From the NCBI GenBank assembly GCA_036006525.1, contig DASYPP010000062.1, forward strand, positions 10,958 through 74,957: a DNA stretch of 64,000 bases. The letters run 5' to 3'. Source of the stretch: Gemmatimonadales bacterium (lineage in GTDB: Bacteria; Gemmatimonadota; Gemmatimonadetes; Gemmatimonadales; GWC2-71-9). Under the pieces are notes generated by a model. It was not told the origin of the DNA, ran no database searches, and was given only the letters and a program-made list of their open reading frames with translations. How positions within the stretch are numbered: the first letter of the stretch is position 1; each line of letters opens with the position of its first letter. The position numbers were made by a program, and so were the translations under genes. This document shows, piece after piece, positions 36,168-44,522 of this stretch.

Positions 36168-37031
36168 ATGATTCTCGCACTCGCTGTGGGAGCTCTGCTC
36201 CTCACACCAATTCAACAGGACACCACGGTGGCGGTGTCCCCGGGTACCCGGCTCGAACTCAGCTCGCATTCGGGCGAGATCGTGGTGCGGACCTGGAACC
36301 GGAATGCCATCCAGGTTTCGGCGGACCTCCCCTACCGGGAACGGCTGGAGGTCGAGGTCTCCCGCGGGGTTGCCGAAGTGCGCCGGAGTTCGCACAATGG
36401 CGACGATGATGAAACGATAGACTACCGGCTCACGGTGCCCGCCTGGATGGAGTTGGAGCTGTCGACGATCGAAGGGGACATCACCGTGGAAGGCACCCAG
36501 GCCAAGTTGACCCTCACGTCCGTGGAAGGCAACGTTACGGTCCGCGGCGGCAAGGAGTTCGTCTCGGTGCATTCCGTCGAGGGCGATATCAGCGTGGACG
36601 GCGCCACCGGCAGGGTCGAGGTGAACTCGGTGGACGGCGGGATCACCGTCACCAGCGTGCAGGGCGCCGTCTACGCCGAAACCGTCGATGGCGACATTAC
36701 CCTGGACGACATCGTGTCGGCGGACATCGAAACCACCACGGTGGATGGAAACATCCTCTACCGGGGCAACATCGACCAGAGCGGGCGCTACCGGTTCGAC
36801 TCCCACGACGGAGACATCACCCTGGAAGCGCCGGATATCAATGCGACGCTCTCGGTGTCCACTTTCGACGGTGAGTTCCAGGCCTGCGGCTACCAGGTCA
36901 CGCTGGCAACCAAAGGCGGCATTCGGACCAACCACAAGCGGTTTCGAGCGACGGTCGGCAATGGCGCCGCCCAGATCGATCTCGAGTCGTTCGACGGAAA
37001 CATTTACCTGGTAAAACCGGGCTGCCGCTAG
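36168..37031 (+). CDS. DUF4097 (Toastrack) beta-strand-repeat protein
   Basis: Repeated EGDITVEG, EGNVTVRG, EGDISVDG, DGGITVTS, DGDITLDD, DGNILYRG, DGDITLEA and DGNIYLV strand units. Confidence 0.8.
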   Translation: MILALAVGALLLTPIQQDTTVAVSPGTRLELSSHSGEIVVRTWNRNAIQVSADLPYRERLEVEVSRGVAEVRRSSHNGDDDETIDYRLTVPAWMELELSTIEGDITVEGTQAKLTLTSVEGNVTVRGGKEFVSVHSVEGDISVDGATGRVEVNSVDGGITVTSVQGAVYAETVDGDITLDDIVSADIETTTVDGNILYRGNIDQSGRYRFDSHDGDITLEAPDINATLSVSTFDGEFQACGYQVTLATKGGIRTNHKRFRATVGNGAAQIDLESFDGNIYLVKPGCR

Positions 37032-37068
37032 GCCCGCGAGATCCACTCTCAACTGAAGGGCTCTTACG

Positions 37069-37905
37069 ATGAAGACACTTTCCCTCTTTGCGCTGGCCGG
37101 CATGCTGGCGGCATTCCCGGTAGGCACCATGGACATGGCACCGGTCGGCCTGGCGCCGGCCGCCGCCGTCGGGTCCCAGTCACAGCAGGGTCCGGACTTC
37201 TCCTGGCGCAAGGCGCTGGCGGCCGGCAAGACACTGGAGATCAAGGGCGTCAACGGTGAGATTCGCGCCACCCTGGCCAGCGGGAACGAAGCCTCGGTGA
37301 CCGCGACCAAGACCGCCCGGCGCAGCGACCCCGACCAGGTCGAGATCAAGGTGCTGGAGGACGCGGAAGGCGTGACGATCTGCGTGCTCTATCCCTCGCC
37401 CCGTCGCGGGGCGCCCAACGAGTGCGGCGCCGGCGACCATGGCCGGATGAACACCGAAAACAACGACGTCACCGTGAACTTCACGGTTGCGGTGCCGGCC
37501 GGCGTCCACTTCGTAGCCAACACGGTGAACGGTGAGATCCGCATCGCGGCGCTCAAGTCTGATGTGGAAGCGGAGACAGTGAATGGCTCGATCCGGATCT
37601 CGACCAGCGGGCGGGCAGAGGCCCGGACGGTAAATGGCTCGATCGACGCGACCATGGGGAACGCCGACTGGGAGGACGACGTGGCCTTTACCACGGTCAA
37701 TGGCGGGATCACCCTCGAGCTGCCCTCCGAGGTGAATGCCGTGCTCAAGGCCTCGACCGTGAACGGTGAAATCTCCACTGAATTCCCGCTGACGGTGCAG
37801 GGTAGATTCGGGCCCCGGTCAATGCGGGGAACCCTGGGCCGCGGCGGGCACGAGCTGGCGCTGGAGACGGTGAACGGCAGCATCGAGTTGCACAAGGCGC
37901 AGTAG
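37069..37905 (+). CDS. DUF4097 (Toastrack) beta-strand-repeat protein
   Basis: Signal peptide, then NGEIRATL, NGEIRIAA, NGSIRIST, NGSIDATM, NGGITLEL, NGEISTEF and NGSIELHK units. Confidence 0.8.
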   Translation: MKTLSLFALAGMLAAFPVGTMDMAPVGLAPAAAVGSQSQQGPDFSWRKALAAGKTLEIKGVNGEIRATLASGNEASVTATKTARRSDPDQVEIKVLEDAEGVTICVLYPSPRRGAPNECGAGDHGRMNTENNDVTVNFTVAVPAGVHFVANTVNGEIRIAALKSDVEAETVNGSIRISTSGRAEARTVNGSIDATMGNADWEDDVAFTTVNGGITLELPSEVNAVLKASTVNGEISTEFPLTVQGRFGPRSMRGTLGRGGHELALETVNGSIELHKAQ

Positions 37906-37923
37906 GCCTCGGCGGTTTCCGAC

Positions 37924-37953
37924 AAGGGGGCGGCCGCGATGGCCGCCCTTCTT
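37924..37953 (+). terminator. intrinsic terminator after the second ECF/DUF4097 operon
   Basis: aagggggcggcc-gcgat-ggccgccctt followed by cttgcgtt, 19 nt after TAG 37903-05. Confidence 0.55.
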
Positions 37954-38011
37954 GCGTTCCCCAACCGAATGGGGATAGGAGGGGCCGGGCCTCGGGATTA
38001 CTCTCCTTTCC

Positions 38012-39037
38012 ATGCGTCTTCTCGACACCAAGCATCAACGCGCCGCGTTTCTGATCTCACTGCTGGGGCTGGCGCTCCTGATCGCGCTGCTTCCGTTTGC
38101 CACCGGGCTGATAGGGATCCCCGTCCTCTACGTGATCTTTGCCCCGGTCTACAAGTGGCTGGTCCCCAAGATTCGCCCCCAGGGCGCCGCGGCGGTTGCC
38201 GTGGCCCTGGCCCTGTCCCTCCTGCTGGTTCTTACACTTGTTCTCACCCTGGTGCTGGTTAACCAGGCCCCGGATATCGTTCAGGGTATTGCCAAGAGCC
38301 CGCTGCTGGCCAAGATCTCGAATATCAGCGTCGGCGGCTATCGGCTGAGCCCGAAGCTGGCATCCATGTCGGAAGGAATCGTCGGCTGGCTCGGCAACAG
38401 TGCCATCGGTCTCATCGGCACGGCCACCCGGCTCTCGCTCAATCTCACCATCTCCCTGTTCGGCATGTTCTACCTGCTGCTGCGGGGCGAGGAAACCTGG
38501 GGTGTCGTCGAGCCCTATATCCCGTTCTCGACCGAGAACAGCGAGCTGCTCCAGGAGCGCTTCAGGCTGGTGACCATCTCCACCGTGATCGGGACCGGAC
38601 TGACCGCCCTGGTCCAGGGCATTCTCGTCGGGGTCGCCTTCATGATCGTGGGATTGTCCCATGCGATGTTCTGGGGCGTCGTCACCGTGATCCTGGCAAT
38701 CCTGCCGGTGGTGGGGAGTGGGCTGGTATGGCTGCCCGGCGTGCTGGTGCTGGTGCTCCAGGAGGACTACGTGCGGGCGGTCGGTCTCGCGCTCTGGGGC
38801 GTCATCGTCGTGGCCAACGTCGACAACGTCATCCGTCCCATCGTGTTTCGCCGCTACGCCCAGATCCACCCGTTGGTTACCCTGGTGGGCGCCTTTGCCG
38901 GGATCCGCTACTTCGGATTGCTGGGGCTCTTGGTCGGCCCGCTCGCCTTGTCGTACTTCTTCGAACTGATCCGGATGTACCGCGAGGAATACCTCAGACC
39001 TCGAGTCCGGCACCCCGTCGACCGGCGCTCGGCCTGA
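38012..39037 (+). CDS. AI-2E family transporter (PerM/UPF0118)
   Basis: 341 aa with about 8 TM helices. Characteristic C-terminal region (VANVDNVIRPIVFRRYAQIHPLVTLVGAFAGIRYFGLLGLLVGPL). Confidence 0.88.
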   Translation: MRLLDTKHQRAAFLISLLGLALLIALLPFATGLIGIPVLYVIFAPVYKWLVPKIRPQGAAAVAVALALSLLLVLTLVLTLVLVNQAPDIVQGIAKSPLLAKISNISVGGYRLSPKLASMSEGIVGWLGNSAIGLIGTATRLSLNLTISLFGMFYLLLRGEETWGVVEPYIPFSTENSELLQERFRLVTISTVIGTGLTALVQGILVGVAFMIVGLSHAMFWGVVTVILAILPVVGSGLVWLPGVLVLVLQEDYVRAVGLALWGVIVVANVDNVIRPIVFRRYAQIHPLVTLVGAFAGIRYFGLLGLLVGPLALSYFFELIRMYREEYLRPRVRHPVDRRSA

Positions 39038-39050
39038 TCCAACTGCTTAC

Positions 39051-39123
39051 CACGAAACCACGAACTGGCGAAAACACGAAATAGATAGTTGTTCTCGTGC
39101 TTTCAGGATTTCGTGTTTTCGTG
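39051..39123. repeat. tandem-repeat-armed hairpin (CACGAAA-type) filling the convergent gap; probable bidirectional terminator
   Basis: Left arm cacgaaaccacgaactggcgaaaacacgaaat. Right arm gttctcgtgctttcaggatttcgtgttttcgtg. The right arm abuts TGA 39124-26. Confidence 0.8.
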
Positions 39124-40524
39124 TCAAGCAGTTTGTCGTCTGGAACGCCAGAATAGAAAGACCGGAATCCCCAGCCCGATCAGCGCCGCTCCCTTGAGCG
39201 TGTTGGTCGGGTTGCTGCGTACTGAGCTCAACACAACGTATGCCGCGGCCAGGCAGAAGAGTGCCGGTGTCACCGGGTAGCCCAGGGTGCGGAAGCTGCC
39301 CGGCGGAGCAGGATCGATTCCGGCCTGGACATCACGGGCGCGGAAGACGTAAAGCGTGGCAGCAGTCAGGCCAAAGAATATCCAGTCACCGAAGACGACG
39401 TAGTCCACCAGGTCGCCGTACTTGCCGGTCAAGGTGAGCACGATGGCCCAGCCGGCCTGGAAGAGAATGGCCGCGGTCGGAGTGCGATAACGCGGGTGAA
39501 GCCGGGCCATCCGGGGAAAGAAGAGACCGTCGGCCGCCATGGCCTGATAGACCCGGGGAGAGACCAGGATCACCAGGTTCAGGAAGCCGAAGGTGGAGAT
39601 CGCGATGCCGGCGGCGATGATGGTGCCGCCGGTGGGCCCCAGGGTGCGGGTCATTGCGTCGGCGGCCGGCGCCGTGCTGGCGGCAAGACCGGTAATGCCG
39701 AGGGCGCGGATGTAGGCCACGTTGGCCAGCAGGTAGATCGTGACCACCGCGAGCACGCCGAGCAGGATGGCCCGGGGCAGGTTCCGGGGGGCATCGATGA
39801 TCTCCTCTCCAATGAAGTTGGTCTGTTGCCATCCCCCGTACGAAAAGAGGATCGGCACCAGCGCCCACCCGATCGCCACGACGATTCCAACCGCGCCTGA
39901 TGGTACGGCGAGCGGCTCGGCGGCTGCGGGAGCCGGTATCGCGGCATGATGGGAGAGGAAAATCCCGGCGATGATCAGGATGGCGAGGGGAACCAGCTTC
40001 AGGACGGTGAAGATGTTCTGGGTGATCGCGCCGGGTTTGACCCCCAGGTAATTGACGGCGGAGAGAAGGAGAATGGCGCCGATCGCCAGCGGCACGGTGG
40101 TACTGGTGCTCAACCCGAACAGGGCGACCGTATAGTTAGCGAAGGTAACCGCCACGCCGGCAATGGCGCCGGTCGCAATGACCAGTAACAGGGTCCAGGC
40201 GTATAGAAAGGCCGGCAACTCGCCGAACGCATCACGCAGGTATACGTAGCCGCCCCCCGCCTGGGGGTTCCGCGCTCCCAGCTCTCCATAGCAGAACGCG
40301 CCGATCAACGCGATGACGCCGCCGATGACCCAGGCCAGCAGAGTGAATTCGGTGGTCACCACCCGGTGGGCGACTTCGGCCGGATTCCGGAAGATGCCGG
40401 CGCCGATGATCCCGCCGATGACCATCATGACACCGGAAAAGAGACCGATGCGTCGGGCGTAGCTCACGGGTTGGGACAAGGCGGCTCCAGGCGGAGGTCG
40501 TGGAGGCAACTGGGGCAGGAACAT
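39124..40524 (-). CDS. APC family amino acid permease
   Basis: About 12 TM helices with an N-terminal GLFSGVMMVIGGIIGAGIF signature. ATG 40524 was preferred over 40575 and 40746, which would collide with the divergent lrp-like gene. Confidence 0.88.
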   Translation of the reverse strand: MFLPQLPPRPPPGAALSQPVSYARRIGLFSGVMMVIGGIIGAGIFRNPAEVAHRVVTTEFTLLAWVIGGVIALIGAFCYGELGARNPQAGGGYVYLRDAFGELPAFLYAWTLLLVIATGAIAGVAVTFANYTVALFGLSTSTTVPLAIGAILLLSAVNYLGVKPGAITQNIFTVLKLVPLAILIIAGIFLSHHAAIPAPAAAEPLAVPSGAVGIVVAIGWALVPILFSYGGWQQTNFIGEEIIDAPRNLPRAILLGVLAVVTIYLLANVAYIRALGITGLAASTAPAADAMTRTLGPTGGTIIAAGIAISTFGFLNLVILVSPRVYQAMAADGLFFPRMARLHPRYRTPTAAILFQAGWAIVLTLTGKYGDLVDYVVFGDWIFFGLTAATLYVFRARDVQAGIDPAPPGSFRTLGYPVTPALFCLAAAYVVLSSVRSNPTNTLKGAALIGLGIPVFLFWRSRRQTA

Positions 40525-40585
40525 AAGGTTAGCAGGGGGCGCAAGCACGGGTTGCGAGCCAAAAGACACAGTCATATATTCTGGA

Positions 40586-41080
40586 ATGACCGACAACGAC
40601 CGCCTTATTGACGACATTGATCGTACAATACTGGAAATCATTCGGAAAAATGCCAGGGTTTCCAACGTTGAGATCGCCCGAAAGGTCGGCATGGCGCCCT
40701 CCGCCATCCTGGAGCGGATCCGGAAGTTGGAGAACAAGGGCGTCATCGAAGGCTATGAGACCCGGCTTTCACCCAAGGCGCTGGGGTTGGGGCTCCTTGC
40801 CTTTGTCTTTGTCAAAGCGCAGAACGATCGGGCGGGAGAATCCAAGACCGCGAACGCGCTGGTGAGCATCCCGGAAGTCCTCGAGGTGCACCATGTGGCC
40901 GGGGAGGACTGCTTCCTGGTGAAGGTGCGGACGGCGGACACCGAATCGCTGGGGCGGTTGCTCCGGGAGAAGTTCGGGAAAATCCCGACCATAACCTCCA
41001 CCCGCAGCACGATCGTGCTCAACACCATGAAAGAGACGGGCCAGTTGCCGCTGGCGCCGTCCGGGAACGGCATTCCCTGA
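40586..41080 (+). CDS. Lrp/AsnC family transcriptional regulator
   Basis: HTH (DDIDRTILEIIRKNARVSNVEIARKVGMAPSAILERIRKLENKGVI) plus a RAM/ACT-like C-domain. Confidence 0.92.
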   Translation: MTDNDRLIDDIDRTILEIIRKNARVSNVEIARKVGMAPSAILERIRKLENKGVIEGYETRLSPKALGLGLLAFVFVKAQNDRAGESKTANALVSIPEVLEVHHVAGEDCFLVKVRTADTESLGRLLREKFGKIPTITSTRSTIVLNTMKETGQLPLAPSGNGIP

Positions 41081-42045
41081 TGACCCCGACCGACGCTGCC
41101 CCCCGCTGGAAAGTGGTCGCCGCCTTTGCGGCGGTCTATATCATCTGGGGTTCGACCTACCTCGCCATCCGGTTCGCGATCGAGACCATGCCGCCGTTCC
41201 TCATGGCCGGGGTCCGGTTCGTGATTGCGGGGGCGCTGCTCTATTGGTGGGCGCGCTGGAAAGGCGCGCCAAGACCGGAGCGGGCCCACTGGAAGGCGAC
41301 GACGATCATCGGCGGTCTCCTTCTGCTGGGCGGGAACGGTGGCGTGGTCTGGGCGGAACAGCGGGTTCCGTCCGGTATCGCCGCCCTGATCGTGGCCATC
41401 GTGCCGGTGTGGATCGCCTTGATGGAATGGCGGATGCCTGGCGGCAGGCGACCCGGGTGGCAGGTGACGGCCGGATTGGCGCTGGGAAGTCTTGGCCTCC
41501 TCCTCCTGGCGGCTCCGGGTGCGGCCTCCCTCGGCGCCCGGGTAGACCTGATAGGCGTGGGGGCCTTGCTGATCGCGACGCTCTGCTGGTCGCTCGGATC
41601 CGTCCTGTCCAAGCGTTTCTCGCTCCCGGCCTCGCCTCTGGTGACGACCGGCATGGAGATGCTGATGGGTGGCGTCCTGCTCCTGGTGGCCGGTCTGGTC
41701 ACCGGCGAGCTCCCCAAGGTTCACCTGGCCGAAATATCATTCCGTTCCGGCATGGCGCTGGTCTACCTGATCACCTTCGGCGCCCTGATCGGATTCACCG
41801 CCTATCTCTGGCTGCTCCGGGTAGGTTCACCGACCCGCGCGGCGACCTACGCGTACGTGAATCCAGTGGTCGCCGTCTTCCTGGGATGGTCGCTGGCCGG
41901 AGAGGCGATTTCGGCGCGAACCATCATTGCGATGGCGGTGATCGTGGGTGCCGTCGTGCTGATCACCAGTTCGAAACCCAGGGTACCCAAGCTCGAACCG
42001 GCATCCAAGCAAGCGCCGGAAGGAGCGTTGAGCTCGGAGTACTAA
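41080..42045 (+). CDS. EamA family (DMT superfamily) transporter
   Basis: Ten TM helices in two EamA repeats (IIWGSTYLAIRFAI...; FGALIGFTAYLWLL...). The start overlaps the lrp-like stop by 1 nt. Confidence 0.88.
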   Translation: MTPTDAAPRWKVVAAFAAVYIIWGSTYLAIRFAIETMPPFLMAGVRFVIAGALLYWWARWKGAPRPERAHWKATTIIGGLLLLGGNGGVVWAEQRVPSGIAALIVAIVPVWIALMEWRMPGGRRPGWQVTAGLALGSLGLLLLAAPGAASLGARVDLIGVGALLIATLCWSLGSVLSKRFSLPASPLVTTGMEMLMGGVLLLVAGLVTGELPKVHLAEISFRSGMALVYLITFGALIGFTAYLWLLRVGSPTRAATYAYVNPVVAVFLGWSLAGEAISARTIIAMAVIVGAVVLITSSKPRVPKLEPASKQAPEGALSSEY

Positions 42046-42124
42046 GGGATGGGGGAATGTGGGAATAAGGGAATGTGGGAACAGGCGCGGAGTCGTTCCC
42101 ACATTCACATATTCCCCCATTCCC
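42046..42124. repeat. tandem-repeat-armed hairpin (GGGAATGT-type 8-mers) after the EamA gene
   Basis: Left arm gggatgggggaatgtgggaataagggaatgtgggaac starts right after TAA 42043-45. Right arm gttcccacattcacatattcccccattccc. The inner 12 bp are perfect. The sequence gcattttt follows. Confidence 0.8.
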
Positions 42125-42152
42125 GCATTTTTCACCAGCAGGGAGCCGATCA

Positions 42153-42647
42153 ATGGGCAAGGAAACGAGCGACCTGCTCGAAATGTTGCGCCAAGCCTGG
42201 GGCCCCCGGAGCTGGCACGGGACCGGGCTATCGGGCGCCGTTCGCGGCATAGCTATAGAAGAGGCGTTGTGGCGGCCGGGAACCGGGCGGCACAACATCT
42301 GGGAACTGGTCCTTCACCTGGCGTACTGGAAATACGCCGTGGTACGCCGGCTCCAGAGCGGGCCCAAGGGTGGGTTTCCGCGAGATGGCTCCGACTGGAT
42401 CGAGATCGCTGACCGTACCGAAGCGGCCTGGAAAGCGGATGTCAGGCTGCTCCAGGCCCAGCACAAGTCACTGGTCGAGACGGTCAGCCGCTTCCCCGCC
42501 CGGCGGCTCAACTTGCGGGAGAAGACCCGGTGGACCAACCGGGAGCAGATCGTGGGGATCGCGTCGCATGATCTGTATCATACCGGCCAGATCCAGCTGC
42601 TGAAGAAGCTTCATGCGATGGGAGAGCGGTCACTGGTCTTCGGCTGA
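42153..42647 (+). CDS. DinB family protein
   Basis: ATG 42153 with GGGAG 8 nt upstream. WELVLHLAYWKY ... ASHDLYHTGQIQLL matches the DinB_2-like His pattern. Confidence 0.8.
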   Translation: MGKETSDLLEMLRQAWGPRSWHGTGLSGAVRGIAIEEALWRPGTGRHNIWELVLHLAYWKYAVVRRLQSGPKGGFPRDGSDWIEIADRTEAAWKADVRLLQAQHKSLVETVSRFPARRLNLREKTRWTNREQIVGIASHDLYHTGQIQLLKKLHAMGERSLVFG

Positions 42648-42653
42648 AAACGC

Positions 42654-42764
42654 GTAAGCAGTAAGCGGGACCTGATGGTGGCATCCATTGCGATGACTCG
42701 CTCCGGAGTGCCGCGACCAGGTCCCGCTTACTGCTTACAGCTTACAGCTTACAGCTTACTGCTG
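42654..42764. repeat. asymmetric tandem-repeat-armed hairpin (GTAAGCA x2 versus CTTACAG/CTTACTG x5) in a convergent gap
   Basis: gtaagcagtaagcgggacctg (42654-74) pairs perfectly (21 bp) with caggtcccgcttactgcttac (42718-38). The right arm continues with three extra cttacag units up to 3 nt from the OmpA TAG. Confidence 0.85.
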
Positions 42765-42767
42765 TTG

Positions 42768-44234
42768 CTAGTTCCCTCCGTCGGTGCGAACCAGCTCGAC
42801 TCGACGGTTCTGCTTCCGTCCATCTTCTGTCGCGTTGTCCGCGATCGGCATGGTTTCGCCATATCCCTTCGCGGTCATCCGGCTGGCAGCAACCCCCTTG
42901 GAAATCAGGTAGGCCCGCACCGACTCGGCGCGGCGCTGCGACAGGTTCATGTTGTAGGAATCGCTGCCTTCGCTGCTGGCATGCCCCTGGACTTCAAACG
43001 TCACTTCGGCGTTGGCATTCAGCGACTGGGCCACGAAATCGAGAATCTTCTTGGCATCGATCGTGAGCTCCGCCTTGTTGACCACGAAGTTCACGCCCTG
43101 CAGCACGACGTTCTTCTTCCCTTCCACGAAGAGAATCAGGCAGCCGTTGGCACTGACCAGCATACCCTTGGGGGTATCCGGGCAGCGGTCGGCGCTATCC
43201 AGCACGCCGTCGCCATCGGTATCGACCGCGGGGCAGCCGTTACCGTCCACCTTGGTTCCGCGCGGAGTATTGGGACACCGGTCCGCCGCATCGGTTACGC
43301 CGTCACCGTCGGAATCGATCGGGCAACCAGTGGAATCCACCCGGGTCCCGGCGGCGGTGTTGGGGCAGCGATCGTCCTTATCGACGACGCCATCCTTGTC
43401 GGCATCCAGGACCAGCGTGCACCCGGTGCTGTCCACCTGGGTACCGGCCGGGGTGTTGGGACACTTGTCCGTGTCGTCCAGCACGCCGTCCTTGTCGCTG
43501 TCCTTGATCGGACACCCGGTGCTATCCACCCGGGTTCCGCCCGGAGTATTGGGACAACGATCCACGTTGTCTCGCACCCCGTCCTTGTCGGTGTCCGGGC
43601 AGCCGTTGCTGTCTACCGCTTCGCCCTTGGGCGTATCGGGGCAGAGATCCGCGGCATCCAGGACGCCGTCTCCGTCCTTGTCCTTGGGTCCGTAGCCGCC
43701 GAACAGCAGGCTCAAGCCGGCCCGGGCACCGTAATTGATGTTATGACTGACCGTGGGATCCTGGTTCAGCGCATCGAAGAGGTAGTCGAAGGTGCCTTCC
43801 ACGTGGAGGGAGACGTGCTCTCCCATCCCGATCTTGAATCCAGCCAGGGCGGTGGCCCCGCTTTCGTTGTTGACGGGGAAGTCGCCGCCTAGCCGGGTCC
43901 GGACGTAACCCAATCCCAGCTGGAACCGGGAATAGCCGCCAATCGGGACGTGGAAGGTCAGCCGAGCCCGCATCGGCATCACGGAATACTCAGGCTGGAC
44001 ACCCACTTCGCTGTGACCCGAGTACCGGGTGACATCGGCGTCCAGTGACACGTTGTTGGCGATGTAAAGCCCCAACTGCCCACCGAATCCGAACTTGTTG
44101 TTGAACTGGTAGCTCTCATCGAGGTGGGGGTAAGCTCCGTAACCCAGGAGCTCGACGCTACCTCCCCGTTGGGCGGCAGCCGGCGTGGCTAGCACGAGTG
44201 TGGCAAACGCCGCGACGATTCCAAAATGCTTCAT
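42768..44234 (-). CDS. OmpA family outer-membrane protein with N-terminal beta-barrel and six thrombospondin-type-3 Ca-binding repeats
   Basis: ATG 44234 with signal (VAAFATLVLATPAAAQ), a beta-barrel-like N-domain, six D-x-D-x-D-G-x-x-D-x-x-D-x-C-P repeats and a C-terminal OmpA_C (NLSQRRAESVRAYL...NRRVEL). Confidence 0.88.
   Translation of the reverse strand: MKHFGIVAAFATLVLATPAAAQRGGSVELLGYGAYPHLDESYQFNNKFGFGGQLGLYIANNVSLDADVTRYSGHSEVGVQPEYSVMPMRARLTFHVPIGGYSRFQLGLGYVRTRLGGDFPVNNESGATALAGFKIGMGEHVSLHVEGTFDYLFDALNQDPTVSHNINYGARAGLSLLFGGYGPKDKDGDGVLDAADLCPDTPKGEAVDSNGCPDTDKDGVRDNVDRCPNTPGGTRVDSTGCPIKDSDKDGVLDDTDKCPNTPAGTQVDSTGCTLVLDADKDGVVDKDDRCPNTAAGTRVDSTGCPIDSDGDGVTDAADRCPNTPRGTKVDGNGCPAVDTDGDGVLDSADRCPDTPKGMLVSANGCLILFVEGKKNVVLQGVNFVVNKAELTIDAKKILDFVAQSLNANAEVTFEVQGHASSEGSDSYNMNLSQRRAESVRAYLISKGVAASRMTAKGYGETMPIADNATEDGRKQNRRVELVRTDGGN
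43140..43685 (-). repeat. six in-frame thrombospondin-type-3-like repeats within the OmpA-family gene
   Basis: Protein repeats (D/K)DGDGVxDxxDxCPxTPxGxxVDxxGCP x6, for example DKDGVLDDTDKCPNTPAGTQVDSTGC. Confidence 0.8.
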
Positions 44235-44405
44235 GATGAGTTTCCTCGGACTCAGGGATATTGACCTTCTGCCGGCTGGCGTGCCCGGCCCGGGACGCAA
44301 CCTTCTTTGAGGTCATCTCTGTACCATTTTGAGCGGTTATTGGCCGTGACGATGGTCACGGGAGGCCACCGGTGTGCGTTGCGTCACCCGCACGGATCAG
44401 CCAAA

Positions 44406-44482
44406 GGATTGAGGGGATTGAGGGGATTGAAGGGATTGATGGGATTGAGGGGATTGAGGGGATTGAAGGGATTGAAGGGATT
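44406..44482 (+). repeat. direct 9-bp tandem array (GGATTGAGG-type, ~8.5 copies), G-quadruplex-compatible, no inverted partner
   Basis: Units: ggattgagg x2, ggattgaag, ggattgatg, ggattgagg x2, ggattgaag x2, then ggatt. This is a 36-bp higher-order duplication. Eight G3-4 tracts are separated by 5-6 nt. It lies in the divergent ompA-like / macroglobulin gap. Confidence 0.9.
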
Positions 44483-44522
44483 CGTACATTAGGGCTCCGC
44501 CCTCCGACCAAGGCAATTCCCT

